From: Caecitellus pseudoparvulus
Lineage: Eukaryota > Protista > Bigyra: Bicosoecida
Length of the DNA: 64,000 nucleotides
Assembly (NCBI GenBank): GCA_965644315.1
Contig: CBFFRQ010000055.1
Location: 1-64,000, forward strand
Direction of reading: 5' to 3'
Positions 33,401 through 45,537 of this stretch are shown in pieces. Under the pieces are notes generated by a model that had not been told where the DNA came from, did no database searches, and saw only the letters and a list, made by a program, of their open reading frames with translations. The position numbers were made by a program, and so were the translations under genes. The stretch's first letter is position 1. The number at the start of each line of letters is the position of its first letter.

Positions 33401-36400
33401 CATTGTGCCAGGACTTCATTCCCCAGTCACCGGAGGCGGCGCTTCTGGGGGGCCACGAGCTCAGTGAGCCTAGGAATCAATTGCGGCTGTGCATTGCGGC
33501 GCTCCCTGCTTGCCTGTGCACTTTGCTGCACCACGCTTCGGTCTTGTGCTGCAAGCTTTCTGCTCGTGGGCCTGGGCGAGACGCCAGGAAGCGGCAGCGA
33601 GGCGAGTCTGTCACGCTTCAGGATGGATTTGTGAGCAGCTTGACACTGCTTCCTGGGATGGGGGCAGAGATCGGCCTTCACCAGCTTGGGCTGGCGTGCA
33701 GGCAACCAGCACCGGCTTCAAAGGGGTCGACAGAGATCCCCACCCCTGCGGAGCTCGTCGCAGCACCTCCACCTCCTGCTTCTTCGCTGCATAGTCGTTC
33801 AGACCGCCTCGCCGTGGTTGCCATTGCTCCACCATGCAGCAACGCTCTCCGTGATGCCTTGTCCAAGTGTGTTGGGGACCTGCTCCAGGAGGCCATGCGC
33901 ACCCGCGCGCAAGACATCATTTATGCCGTGCTAGCTGCTGTAGACTCCCTTCGGGCCATGCGACAAGTTGTCGTGTCAGATAAGCTCGCGCAAGACCGCA
34001 CGTGGCTGTCCCGGCACCTGAAAGGAATAGGGGTGCCAAGTGTGTTGCAGTACGGGCAGCAGCTGTCTCTTGACATCTCCAGGAGGGCGCTTTTTGAGGC
34101 AGCCATGGCCGTCAATGATACTTCGAGGGCCTCGTTTTACTGTGATCTCCTGTTGCGAGATGGCGCGGCTTGGGCAGCATCGGGTGCTGCAGGGTTGCCG
34201 CTTCACCACCACATCCTGCAGTGCATTGGGCGCTTTCCCCAGGAACAGCAGCAAGCAGTGCGTCGTGTGATGGCAGCGCAGTGGAGCACGCCAGACGGTG
34301 GTGCAGCGTTCGCGGCAGAGACTCCCCGTCATAACCTTGAGCAGTGGCACGAAGATGCCCAGCCTAGTGGTAGGGAAGGGCGATGCCTTTGGCAACTTGA
34401 AGCGGCAGCGTTGGAGGTGCTTGATGTGGGAACACCTCCACTTGCCCAGTTGGAGCTGTTGAAGCGTGAGGCAGCCATGCCAGCGGTCAGCGAATTGATC
34501 AAGCAAAGTCAAGCGCTTGCCCCATTTGCCGCAACGCACGGCACGCTGTCTGACACCGCCGCGATCCCTGCACTCATGGCTGTCATGGAGCAATCGCTTG
34601 CATGGATGCGTGGGTGTTCGGAAGGTTCGCTGCGGGCTGGAGGCGAAGTGCAGCTGGAGACCTGCGTTGCGAGTGCGTGCGCAGCGCATGCCATGTGCAC
34701 GTTTGGCCTCAGGGCACCCCAAGCAGCGATCGGCATTGAGCTCGGACCAGACCTGCTCAACCTTTTACATGGCGGCTTGAGATGGCTGGCCATGGAGCAA
34801 AGCACGCCAGATTCTTCGGGCTTCTCTTCGGTGCTTTCAGCTTGGACGAGCAGCGTCCCTGAGGCAGGCCCGACGTGGCCAGGCGTCTGTGCTACGTTTG
34901 CCTTGCAGACCATCATGGCGGCGCAGGCTTTGCCGAGCAGCACGCACCCCTGGGTTGCAAGGGCGTTGTCCAGAGTGCGGACCAGCGGGCACTTCATCGT
35001 GGGAGAGTACACGGATGGTGTGCGTGCAGCCATCCAGCGCTATCACCAGTCCGAGCCGGGCCGCCAGCAAGCTGCCATCGCCGAGCAGCGAGCTCAGAGC
35101 TTTAGTGCAGAGAAGCTGAGGAGGGCCATGCGTGCTTACAAGCAAGGCATGAGCTCGGCAGCCTTCAGGGAGGCCTTGCAGCTGCCATGCGATGTGGAGC
35201 CAGCACAGTACGTGTCGTCGCTGTGCAAGTTGCAGAAGCGGGTTGACCAAGACAAGGCCACGAAGGCTGCACGACAAGCCACTCATTCTCTCTGCCTGAC
35301 TTCAGCCATCTTCCACTTCGCGCGTGGCCTAGAGCATTCAGCCGGGAGCGCCGCTGTTCCGTTTTCCACGCGACTGTCCATGGCTTTACGCATGGTGGGG
35401 TTGTGGATGGACCACTTTAGCAAGCCTGAGGCCTTCAAAGTCCTGGAAGGGGTGCTGCCAAAGGTCCCATCGCAGGACCTCTTGCCAGTGTTGTCGCAGT
35501 TGGTGTCGCAACTGGGGAGGGACCTGAAAGGGCGCCCTGTCGGTGACGGTGATGGGGATTCGTACACGCGCATGGTGGAGGGCTTGGTCGTGCGCCTGGC
35601 ACAGCATTCACCATATGAGGTCATACCATCTCTCATGTTGTTGTTCCAAGGGGATGTGGGATCGGGGCCAGGAGTCGGACCTGCCACAGGGACACCGGCC
35701 GCCAAGCAATTGGCTGCGGGGAGAGTATTTACACGCCTAAAAACCACAAGTGCTGGCCTGGCTGATGTGTGCTCTGTACTTTGTGAAGCTATTGACGGGT
35801 ACACAGCCCTGGCACTGAAAGACCACACCAAGCGTGGGCCGACAGCTCTGCGTGGCAATATGGACCCTCAGCCAACCAGCACGGTGAGCCTCCTATCTTT
35901 GCGTCGCATGACCCTGGAGCACGTCTTCAAACCCGAGCGGTTCTCACCCCGCTTGCGCTTGCCAAGGCTTCGCCTGTTACCGCTGCTTACTCACACCGCG
36001 GCAAGTCGCGGGCAATTGCCAGGCCAGTGTGCAGCCGTTTCTACCGTTCCCGGTGACGGGCTCGGCGAAGCTGTGGCTGCAACGGAAGGCGGGCAAAGCT
36101 TCACTGCAGACGGTGTCCGCCTGCCAGAAGTCCACGTAGCGCGGATCAGCGGGCAGTATGAGTTGATGGGGAACGGCATCACGAAGCCCAAGAGACTGCG
36201 CCACTTTGCGAGTGATGGCAGCTCGCACAGCAGCATCTTCAAAGGGCCCAACGACGACATGCGCCAAGACGCACTCATGACGCAGTTGTTCTGCGTGATG
36301 AATGCCCTGCTCGCTGGGTCAGGCTCACCAGCAGCCCAGCGGAACCTGCACATCCGAACGTACACTGTGCGCCCCCTCGCACGGACATGCGGGATGCTTG

Positions 36401-37326
36401 AATTCGTGCCAGGTACGACAGCCTTTGGCGAAAGCGTTAGAGCCTTCCACATGCGGTTTGGCGTGCAGGGGGAGGTCACCCTTGACCAGGCCCGAAGGCA
36501 GCTTCAACATGCTGCGCAGCAGGACGCTGCCAGTGAACGGCACGGTGAGAGTCCTCACAGCAGCACCCTTCCTCAGCACGCGTACTCGAACCGCCTTGCA
36601 GCCTTTTCATCCATCTGCGAGCGCCTGCTCCCTCGATTCCACTTGTGGCTTTCCCATAACTTCCCTGACCCCCGGGCCTGGTGGGCGGCCACGCGGCAGT
36701 ACACGGCGTCTGTGGCCACCAACAGCATCATCGGATACATTGCTGGGGTGGGTGACAGGCATTGCCACAACATCCTCGTAGACTGCTCCACAGCAGAGAT
36801 GGTGCATATTGACTTTGGAGTGCTGTTTGATGCCGGGAAACTGTTGCGGACCCCCGAGACGGTGCCCTTCCGCCTCACTCGGGAAGTGGTCGCCGGACTG
36901 GGTGCGGCTGGCGTTGAAGGAGGGCTGCGGCAAGCCTGCGAAATGTCGCTGCAGGTGGCCCGGGAGCACACCGTTGCGCTAAAAACTCTCGTGACAGTCA
37001 TGGTGCACGATCCTCTCTTCGAGTGGACCATCGCAGGGCAGGAGGACGACAGCGAGGCCGCTGGCAGCACACGCAGCGCCTTGCGAGAAGTGGAAGGCTT
37101 CGTGCAGACCGAAGTCCTGAACCCGGATGCCATGGACGTCGTGGCCCGCATCGATGAAAAGCTGCGTGGCATGGATGCCGATGTCCTCGCTCCGGTGGTG
37201 GCACAAGCAGCCTCCTCTTCCTCCTCTGCTGCCAGTGTTCCTCACCACGTCCAGCAGCTGTTAGCGGCAGCCCGCGACCCTCACCGCCTGTGTCGTATTT
37301 TCAATGGGTGGAAGCCGTTTCTATGA
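24466..37326 (+). CDS. ATM: ATM/Tel1-type PIKK serine/threonine kinase, about 4240 aa (exons 24466-24544, 24612-24652, 24724-37326)
   Basis: FKGPNDDMRQDALM, IRTYTVRPL, YTASVATNSIIGYIAGVGDRHCHNIL, HIDFG, PETVPFRLTR, GVEG, FATC DPHRLCRIFNGWKPFL at the C-terminus; two short 5' introns give an in-frame start. Confidence 0.92.
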
Positions 37327-37352
37327 GCAAATGCATGAATTGGAGATTTACC

Positions 37353-39438
37353 TCAGACCAGTGTGGTGCGCACCGAGCACGCCCGTCCGTAGTAGCCTTC
37401 AAAGCACTTGCACTCCCCTGAGGTGTAGTCACAAGACCCGCGCCCAGAGCACTCCAGCAACTCCACGTACGAGCCAAGAGCCAGCTCACCAGCTGCACCC
37501 TCCTCCACCTCTACCGAGCAAGTGGGGAGCTTGATTGCGATTTCGAACGCGCGGATTTCGCCGTCCCCCACCATATTCGGGGATTCAAAGTTCAGGTATG
37601 TGCCTGGCAGCTCCGGGATGCGCACGCGGTTGTGGCTGTTCAAAGGGATGCGCCCACCAGCGGTGAAGCCTTCGAAAACATACGACGTGGCAGATGTCGG
37701 CGTGGGGAACATCTTCTTGTTGGCGGGTGTCGTCTCCGAGGGAAGCCAGCGCTTGTCATCGTCCTCGTAAGATGAGCTGGTGAAGCTGCCATCTGCCTCG
37801 TCGCCCTGGTCAGTGTAGTAGCCGACACGGTAAAAGTACAAGTCCTGGGCTGCGTCAGCGGTGGGGGTGGCGCCATCCACACGGTCCACAACCAAGACCT
37901 CCACCCGCATGTCAAACCTTTGCAGGCCATCCACTTGGTTGTTCAGCTTGGCATGCAGTGGGAGGCGCGGGTCACTGTCAGCAGCCAACATGACGATCTT
38001 GTGGGCCTTGTACGCGTTGTACGGGTCCGCGTTGTAGTTGACAACGTCAAGGTTGGAAGTTGTCGCATCAGAAGAGGCTTTCCCATCGTTGTTTGAAAAG
38101 ACCGTGGCGAGGGAAAGGGCCGTATCGTGGCCGACGTACCGGACTCCAAACGGCATCTTGACAAGGGGCCGGCACCCTGGCTGCCGGCAACCGTATGCCG
38201 AAGGGCACGACAGGAGATTCTGTGGACCAACCAAGTTGGCATCCTCTTGGTCTGCGTTGTATGTGATGGTGACCTCAGTACTGAGTGGCCCGCAGGTGGT
38301 GCACGTGTACACACTCGCTCGGTCGGGAGCTGATGTCACCTCCACACTGACACTGCGGGCCACTTTGTTTGGCAGCGTCGCGAAAGCTCGCTCAAATGAA
38401 GTCTTGATGTCCCCGGAAGTGGGCGAGAAAATGCTGTCCACAGCCTGGCTGGTGAAGTTCTCCCCAAACACGTCGGTGAAGATGAAGTGCATCTGGTCTT
38501 CCGATGCCGGTGTCGTGGGGGACGCAGAGATGGAGCCTCCTGACAGCGCCTCCTGCTCAGCGAACAGCTGGTTCACATCGGAGGAAAGAGCAGGGAAGTT
38601 TGCTTTGGTGTCCACGGGCGGGATGGCTGGAAAGCTCCCAGCGCCCCCCGCGTCGTGTGGGCCATGCAAGTTGTATGGAATGGAGAAGGTGAGCCGCTGA
38701 GTCAGGCCGTCGTTTCCAGTGGAGCCTGGGTAGGAAGATCCAGGCTGTGCCTTTAGGCAGTGTGTGTTCGGGTCATCCCCCATGGGGCACCGCCTGCTGG
38801 AGCAGTCAGGCCCGAAGAAATCACCATCGCACTCGCACGCTTGGGTGAGGCGAGCATCCCAAGCCGCCCCCTCGCGCGCACCAGTCAAGAACTTAATCGG
38901 CTTGCACATTCCGTGGCCGGAGCAGTCGTTCGGGCAGTCCTCTGTGGATAGGGGTGGTGCCAGGTGCAGTGTGGGCGTGCCACTTCGCCAAGCCACTCAC
39001 TCCGATTGCAAGCAGAGCCGCTGAAGCCGGCCGTGCACTGGCAGCGGCCAGTTGTTCTGTCACAGTTGCCGCGCCCCGCACACTCTTCGTAGGCGTGAGG
39101 ATCGGCGGCATCTTTCCCCCAGCTGGGTGCTTCGGGGCACTTGCCTGCAGCGGCGCAGCGTGTTGGGAGTTGCTTGAAACGCAGCACTGCTTGGCAGCCC
39201 CGCACACTCACGTTGGGAGCAGTCAGCGCCCTGGTATGTGGGGAAGCACGAACAGAGAGAGTTCGAGCCGCAGGCGCCGTGGCCGGAGCACGAGTTGGCT
39301 GTGCAGGCAGGCAGCAGAAGAGTGCCGAGCTCGTGCGGAAGTTGGATGACGCCGGCCGAGATTCAGGCGGCACTCACGGCACTTGGCCAGCACGCCAGCG
39401 GCAGCACATAGAACGAGGGTGCAGGCAAGGCTCCTCAT
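37353..39438 (-). CDS. Tubular mastigoneme protein (Sig1/Ocm1-like EGF-repeat secreted protein), 4 exons
   Basis: Signal peptide, then CPNSCSGHGAC..GADCSQRKCP..W..HAYEECAGRGNCDRTTGRCQC..GFSGSAC..CPNDCSGHGMC..WD..CECD..GPDCSSRRCPMGDDP; C-terminal ECSGRGSCDYTSGECKCFEGYYGRAC. Confidence 0.85.
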
Positions 39439-39793
39439 CGCGCAGGGACACTGGAGAGGGGCGAGGTTCCCTCGCTTTGCGGGCGTGTGCTGCCACGCGT
39501 TGACCCGCTGCGGTTTTGATGAAGCAACGCCTGTGACTTGCTCGGCGCACGCAACAAGGTCTGGCAGTGGCGAATCATTTGGGGACCTTGCCGAGGCACC
39601 GCTGTGTTTGGAAGTTTGTTTGGGTTATGATTAAGTCTCGTGACACTGTGGAGGTCAAGCGGAGCCTCCTTTGGCGTGTGGGGGGGGCATAGCAGTTCAG
39701 GCAAGGCTTCGTGGGGTTTCAAAGACGCGAAAGTGTATCATTCGCGCACCTCTTAAATTGACTCACAACGCTCAATCGCTCCAACGCCCCACC

Positions 39794-39800
39794 TTTAAAA
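39794..39800 (+). promoter_or_regulatory. TATA-like element upstream of a putative RPL10 non-coding leader exon
   Basis: TTTAAAA in GC-rich DNA about 40 nt upstream of a CAG|GTATGT donor at 39837. Confidence 0.35.
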
Positions 39801-40177
39801 ACCCCGACTAGTCCAGGAGATCACTGTGTGCATCAGGTATGTTTGGCGTGTGTTTCATGTGTTTTGTTGCTGCAGCCTTTCGCTGCTACTCGCAAGGCTG
39901 GCGTGGGAAGTCTAGGCCTTGGCCGCACTGTGGCGGACAGACGCGGCTGTTGTGCCCCGAGGACTTCACGTCCCATGCACCGCCATTTGGGGATGTTCCT
40001 GGGGATTGCCGTTAGCTCGAGTGATTGTCGTGGCAGTGGCCTCGTTGGGGGTTCCCTAGCTGCCACGCTGGTGTGGGCCTGCGGAAATTGTTCACACCTG
40101 CTTTGTACACCCCCCTTGTTTGACCGCTTTGCAGGCACATCCGTTGTGGACACCTCTCTCACAACACCTTTTCAGTC

Positions 40178-40995
40178 ATGGGCCGCCGCCCCGCCAAGTG
40201 GTGAGTTGCCTGCACCGTGACATGCCCGGGCCACTCCCGCAAGGCACCGATTCCCTCCCAACCCGCACCTGCAACGCCACGCTCCTTGCGCAGCTACCGG
40301 TACTGCGTACGTCCCTGCTTCCGCCGCGAGGTGTTTCAGAAGACGACCAAGCGCGTGTGTTCACACCCCGTCCCCCACCCGCTGTGATTCCACAGAAGAA
40401 CAAGCCTTTCATCAAGTCTCGCTACTGCCGTGGTGTGCCCGACTCCAAGATCCGCATTTATGATGTCGGCAGGAAGTCTGCCCCCTGCGCCGATTTCCCC
40501 TTCGTCGTGCATCTCGTGTCCGACGAGCGTGAGCAGATCTCCTCCAACGCCCTGGAGGCTGCCCGTATTGCCGCCAACAAGTGCCTGACCAAGTTCTGCG
40601 GCCGTGAGGGTTTCCACATGCGCATCCGCGCCCACCCCTTCCACGTCATCCGTATCAACAAGATGTTGTCGTGCGCTGGCGCCGATCGCCTGCAGACTGG
40701 TATGCGTCACGCCTACGGCAAGCCCGACTCCGTCGTGGCACGTGTCAAGATCGGGGATGTCCTCATTTCCGTGCGCTCTCGCGACACCTTCAAGGCTGGC
40801 TGCATCGAGGCCATGCGCCGCGCCAAGTTCAAGTTCCCCGGCCGCCAGAAGATCGTCCTGTCCCGCAAGTGGGGTTTCACCAAGTGGAACCGCGACGAGT
40901 ACGAGGCTGGCCTCAAGGACGGCTGGCTGATCCCTGATGGCGTCGGCGTGAAGTACGTGCCCCGCCACGGCCCCTGGACCCTGTCCGAGGAGTAA
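40178..40995 (+). CDS. RPL10: 60S ribosomal protein L10 (uL16) (exons 40178-40200, 40294-40306, 40396-40995)
   Basis: Spliced [80 protein letters not shown]. Confidence 0.98.
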
Positions 40996-41184
40996 ATGCC
41001 CCCCCCTTGGGGAAGGCGTTGCCCCCTCCACGTCATGCTGACCTGGCTCAATGCACTGACATGGACAATCTTCTCACCCACGACGCGTGCAACCCAGCGA
41101 CATCGCTGCACCAGTTGAGGGTGTGCATTTTCCGCAGTGCCCCTGTCGCCAGCGGCACAGGCCGACAGACGCGGCGCGGGCACC

Positions 41185-43915
41185 ATGAGCAAGCCCAAGC
41201 CTGTGAATTTGAACAAGTCAAGGGCAGCAGCTGCTGCAGCCAGTGCCCCAGCCCCAGCAGGTGGGCTTCCCTGCCCGGCCAGTCGTGCCACGCCACTGCA
41301 GCGCACCCTTGCAACTGCTTCCTTGCCAACCTTTCGCAGCTGTTGCTGAGGAGCCTCGTGGCCCCGCAATCCTGACTGTCGGCCGCCGATCAGAAGGCAG
41401 GGATGCTGACATCCTGGACTGGGCTGATGCCGGTGTTGAGGGCACAGCCGCCACGCCTGAGGAGCTGGCTGCACTTAGACGCAGTGCGTGTCTGCTGCTG
41501 GCCTCGCTCCGGAAGGCAACGCAAGCCCGCTCGGTCTCACGGCGCGCCTCTCTCCTTCCACGCAGACAAGCAGGATCGATCTCGCTTCGAGGGCTTGCGT
41601 GCAGAGCCCAGCGAAACCCGCTCTTTCCCAGGCGGCGGCAGCACTGGGGCACCCACTGATCGCGCTGGTGGGGGTGGTAGCGGCTTCGGCTCCAGCAAGC
41701 GCCACGATAGAGAGCACAGGGGCCGCAACCAGGGAGGCACTGGCAGCTTCTCCCACAACCCCGCCTTCAGTGGTGGCAGCAGTGCCCGCAGAGGGGGCGG
41801 CGCCGACGCTGCGCCTTCCCGCCGTGGCACTTGGGGTCGGTCCTCCCAGTCGCCCCCCCGCCGCCAGGCGGGCTTTGCACATGCCGGAGAGCATGGAGGG
41901 GGCATGCGGCAAGGAACCAGGGAGCGTGGTCCTGCCCGTGCCGCAGGCCACAGGTCCGGGACCACCTCCAGAGCGTGGGGAACCTCCTCCCCTCCCCGGG
42001 ACGCCGCCCCCGCACGCCCGCCCGCTTCCAAGCCACGCGTGTCGCTGCAGCAGCAACAGGCTGCCTTGGAGCAGCCTGGGAAGGGTGGTCCCGCGACGGC
42101 CTCCACGCTGCAGCAGCTGCACTCTCAACGAGCTGCCAAACTGGGGAAGGCCGCTGATGCGGCTGTGACTGCCCCCCCCATGGCTGCCGTCGTCACTGGG
42201 TTCGTGCAGCGGCCAGTGAGGCAGGACGCCCCCGCCCCCCCCATGACAGTCCTGAAGGTGAAGGGCCGGCACAGTCAGCGTGAGCCAGATGCCGCACCTG
42301 CCCCCGACAGCCAGGAGGACGGAGATGAGGAAGCACCAGCACCAGCACCTGCACCTGCACCGGCACCGGCACCGGCTTTGGCGACAAAGAGCGGGCCTGC
42401 GTGGGGTGGGGCTCGTGGCACGGGCACCTCACTCAGCGCAGCCAAGGCAGCCATGGAGGCCGGCCTGCCCCCCCCTACAGGCCGGGCCCGCGCTGGCTCC
42501 AGCCAGACCGCGTCCCCTGCCTTGCAGCCCCGCGATGCCGTCTCACAGCTGAACGCCATGCGAGAAGCCACGCTAGGCACAGCCGCTGCTGCGGCCCACG
42601 CCGCTCAAGAAGGGCCAGCGCCGGCTCCAGAGCCAGCTGTGGCCAGCAGTCAGTGGGCTGCCACCGCAGCCAGGCCGCTGCCTGCCGAAGAGCACGCTGA
42701 GATCCCGGGGCACTCAGGGTACGTGTACACTCGAGGGGGGCGTCGGGGAGGCGGTCAGAACCTGGAACGGCTGGCTGAGGCTCGCCTGGCCCGGGCCAAG
42801 GCTCGCCTCCTGCGGCACCCCCGAACAAGCAAGGCACAGCTGTGGGTGCCAGCGCTGCGGGGGGGGCAGCCCGCCTACCAGCTGTGGGAGGATTGGTACG
42901 CAACCATGCCAGATGGAGCGCCCCGGGCTGCAGCGACGGCCCTGGCGGCTGCTCGGGCCAAGGCAGCGGCTCCGCCTGTCGAGCATGAGGAGGCTGAGGC
43001 TGAGGCGGAGGTGGAGGAGGCGGAGGCGCAGGAGGAGGAGGCGCCTGCAGAAGAAGGCGACTGGGACTACACGGAGGCTCTGGAGGAGAACACGCAGGGT
43101 GTCGTGGCGGCCAGCATCGCGGAAGTGCTGCCTGGGCACAGCTCGCCCCCCCAGCAGCCCGTCCCTGCCACCGCCCCTGCCCCTGCCCCTGCCACGCCTG
43201 AAGGCATGGCCTTCCAGCCCATGCAGGGGCAGGTCATCCCTGACGGCTTCAAGATGATGCTGGTCCCCGTGGACACGCCCGAGCCAGTGGTGCGCCAGCC
43301 GGTGCAGCCAGGCAGCAGCCAGGCAGCCCTCGCTGCGCAGGCCAGCCTCGGCTCTGCAGCGCAGTCCGCTTCGCCTGCGCTGCCCAACCTGGCGGCAACA
43401 CCCTCCTCCATGGGTTTCACAGGGGGCAGCCCTGCCGGCTTTGCAGGGGCTGGCGGATTCTTGAACATGGGACAGCCCGCAGCGGGCATGGGTGGCATGC
43501 CTATGGGTGGCAGCAACCCTGCGCTGTGGGGCGGCATGGGCGGCATGGGCGGCATGGACATGGGCGGCATGGACATGGGCGGCATGGCTAACATGATGGG
43601 ATGGGGAGGTGGCATGTGGGGCGGCGGCGGCGGCATGTGGGGGGTGGGGGTGGCATGTGGGGAGGTGGGGGTGGCATGCCCTACGGAATGGGCAGCGGAG
43701 GCATGCCAGCCTTCAGCAACCCGCCCCCCCCACCCGGCACAGGCGGAGGGCCCGCCCACACCACCTCACCAGGCCTGCTGCCCATGCCAGGCATGGGTGC
43801 TGGCATGCCTGGCATGCCACATCTGCCCGGCCCTGCATATGGCTCACGGCCTCGACGCAGCAGCACGGCAGGCAGCACCAGCAGCGTGGAGGGCCGAGGT
43901 GGCACCGGGCAGTGA
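41185..43915 (+). CDS. Large low-complexity (Gly/Arg-, Pro/Ala-, Gly/Met-rich) hypothetical protein; 2 introns and a probable 1-nt frameshift at ~43640
   Basis: ATG 41185 MSKPKPVNLN, DWAD motif, ORF 41403 body; GGMWGGGGG repeat continues in the alternative frame (ORF 43601-43915). Confidence 0.65.
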
Positions 43916-44043
43916 GGGGCACTGGGTAAATGCAAAACGCAAGAACTTCAAGCTGAACGCTCTTGAAGGTGCGGAAGTGCTACGACACTTCCCCATTTCC
44001 ACGTGCGGCGCTGCAGGCGGGCCCAGAGAGGCAGTCAGTTTCC

Positions 44044-45255
44044 ATGAGCGGCGTGGCAGGCAGCAGCACCGGCACTCCCGCCGCCACTGGCGGCTCCGGC
44101 GCCCTGCAGTGGAAAGGCAAGAACATTGAAATTCGCGATGTCTGGGCATCCAACTTGGAGGCAGAAATGGCCCTGATCCGGGAGCTGGTGCCGCAGTACC
44201 CATATGTGGCTTTGGTGAGCAGCAGCTCCACAGTGCAGGACCCCAGCACACCTCACATGCACACGCTGGCGGCCGGTGCCACAGGACACGGAGTTTCCTG
44301 GCATTGTGGCTCGGCCTGTCGGGGCCTTTCCCAGCCACGTCGACTACACCTACCAGACCCTGCGCTGCAACGTGGACATGCTCAAGCTGATCCAAGTCGG
44401 TTTGACTTTTGCGGACGCCACAGGAAAGGTCCCAGACGGGTGTCCCACCTGGCAGTTCAACTTCTCGTTCAGTCTTGTGTGCGTGGACTGTCTCCGCGGT
44501 GCTTGACGGGGCCTGCATGCAGGCGGCGATTGCAACCAGTTTCCGCCCACCACCTGCAGAGATGACATGTTCGCCGAGGACAGCATAGCGCTGTTGAAGG
44601 CGAGCGGCATCAACTTTAGCGCGCACCAATCGGATGGCATTTCCGTGGAGCACTTCGGGGAGCTGCTCATGGCGTCTGGCTTGGTGCTTGTGGATGACGT
44701 GAGATGGCTCAGCTTCCACTCCGGTGAGCAGGACTTGAGCGCAGCGCCCCCTTTCGTTCACACGGCACGGACAGTGCCCCACACCACTTTTGTACAGGCT
44801 ACGACTTCGGGTACCTGTTGAAGTTGCTGACTGCGCAGCCCTTGCCCGCCGATGAGCGGTCCTTCACTACCATGCTCAAGCGTTACTTTCCGCACGTGTA
44901 CGACATCAAGACCATGTGCACAGCGGTGCCGGCCCTCTCTGGCGGGTTGAACAGGGTGGCCGAGGCCCTAGGCGTGCCTCGAGTGGGGCGCATGCACCAG
45001 GCCGGCAGTGACTCCCTCCTCACATCAGCAGTGTATTTCGAGCTGGTTGCCAAGCACTTCCAGGGCCGCCCAGACGGACACAAGTACGAGGGCGGCCTGT
45101 ACGGCTTAGGGGCCGCCAGCAGTGTGGCGGCTGCTCCGGCTCCTGGGGCAGCGCGGCCCACCTCGAAAGCTTCGGCAGCGCAAGCACCGGCGCCGGCGCC
45201 AAAGCGCAGCAGGGCACGGGGGGGCAAAGACCGGTCCCGGCGCGGCCGGTCCTGA
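44044..45255 (+). CDS. CAF1: CCR4-NOT deadenylase subunit CAF1/POP2 (CNOT7/8), multi-exon
   Basis: [62 protein letters not shown] (DEDD nuclease). Confidence 0.96.
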
Positions 45256-45537
45256 GGAGCAGGTCTTCATGTCTGGCAAAATGCAGCGCGAGAATCCCAA
45301 TGCTACGGAAAGTCTCATGCTATCTCTTCGCCCCTGGGAGCATCCGGCAACAGCCACTGGCGTCGCTCGCGAGCTTGCGTTGCGGCAGCGTTTCGCGTGC
45401 TTGGAGTGGAAGTCCTCAGCCTGCTGTGCTGCGTGGGGCAAGCCCAGCTCGCATCAAAGTGCGCAGCAGTCTAATAGGGCATACTTTTGCAGTCAACTTG
45501 TGGCACAGTCCACAACCGGGGCCCAGGACACAGCACA

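Noticed and set aside
24466-37326. Lower-GC 13-kb block as an integrated virophage, virus or transposon
   Set aside because: Single continuous ORF ending in ATM kinase + FATC; no terminal repeats, integrase or capsid motifs
43916-44129. Overlap of ORF 41403-44129 with CAF1
   Set aside because: Best explained by a homopolymer frameshift at ~43640
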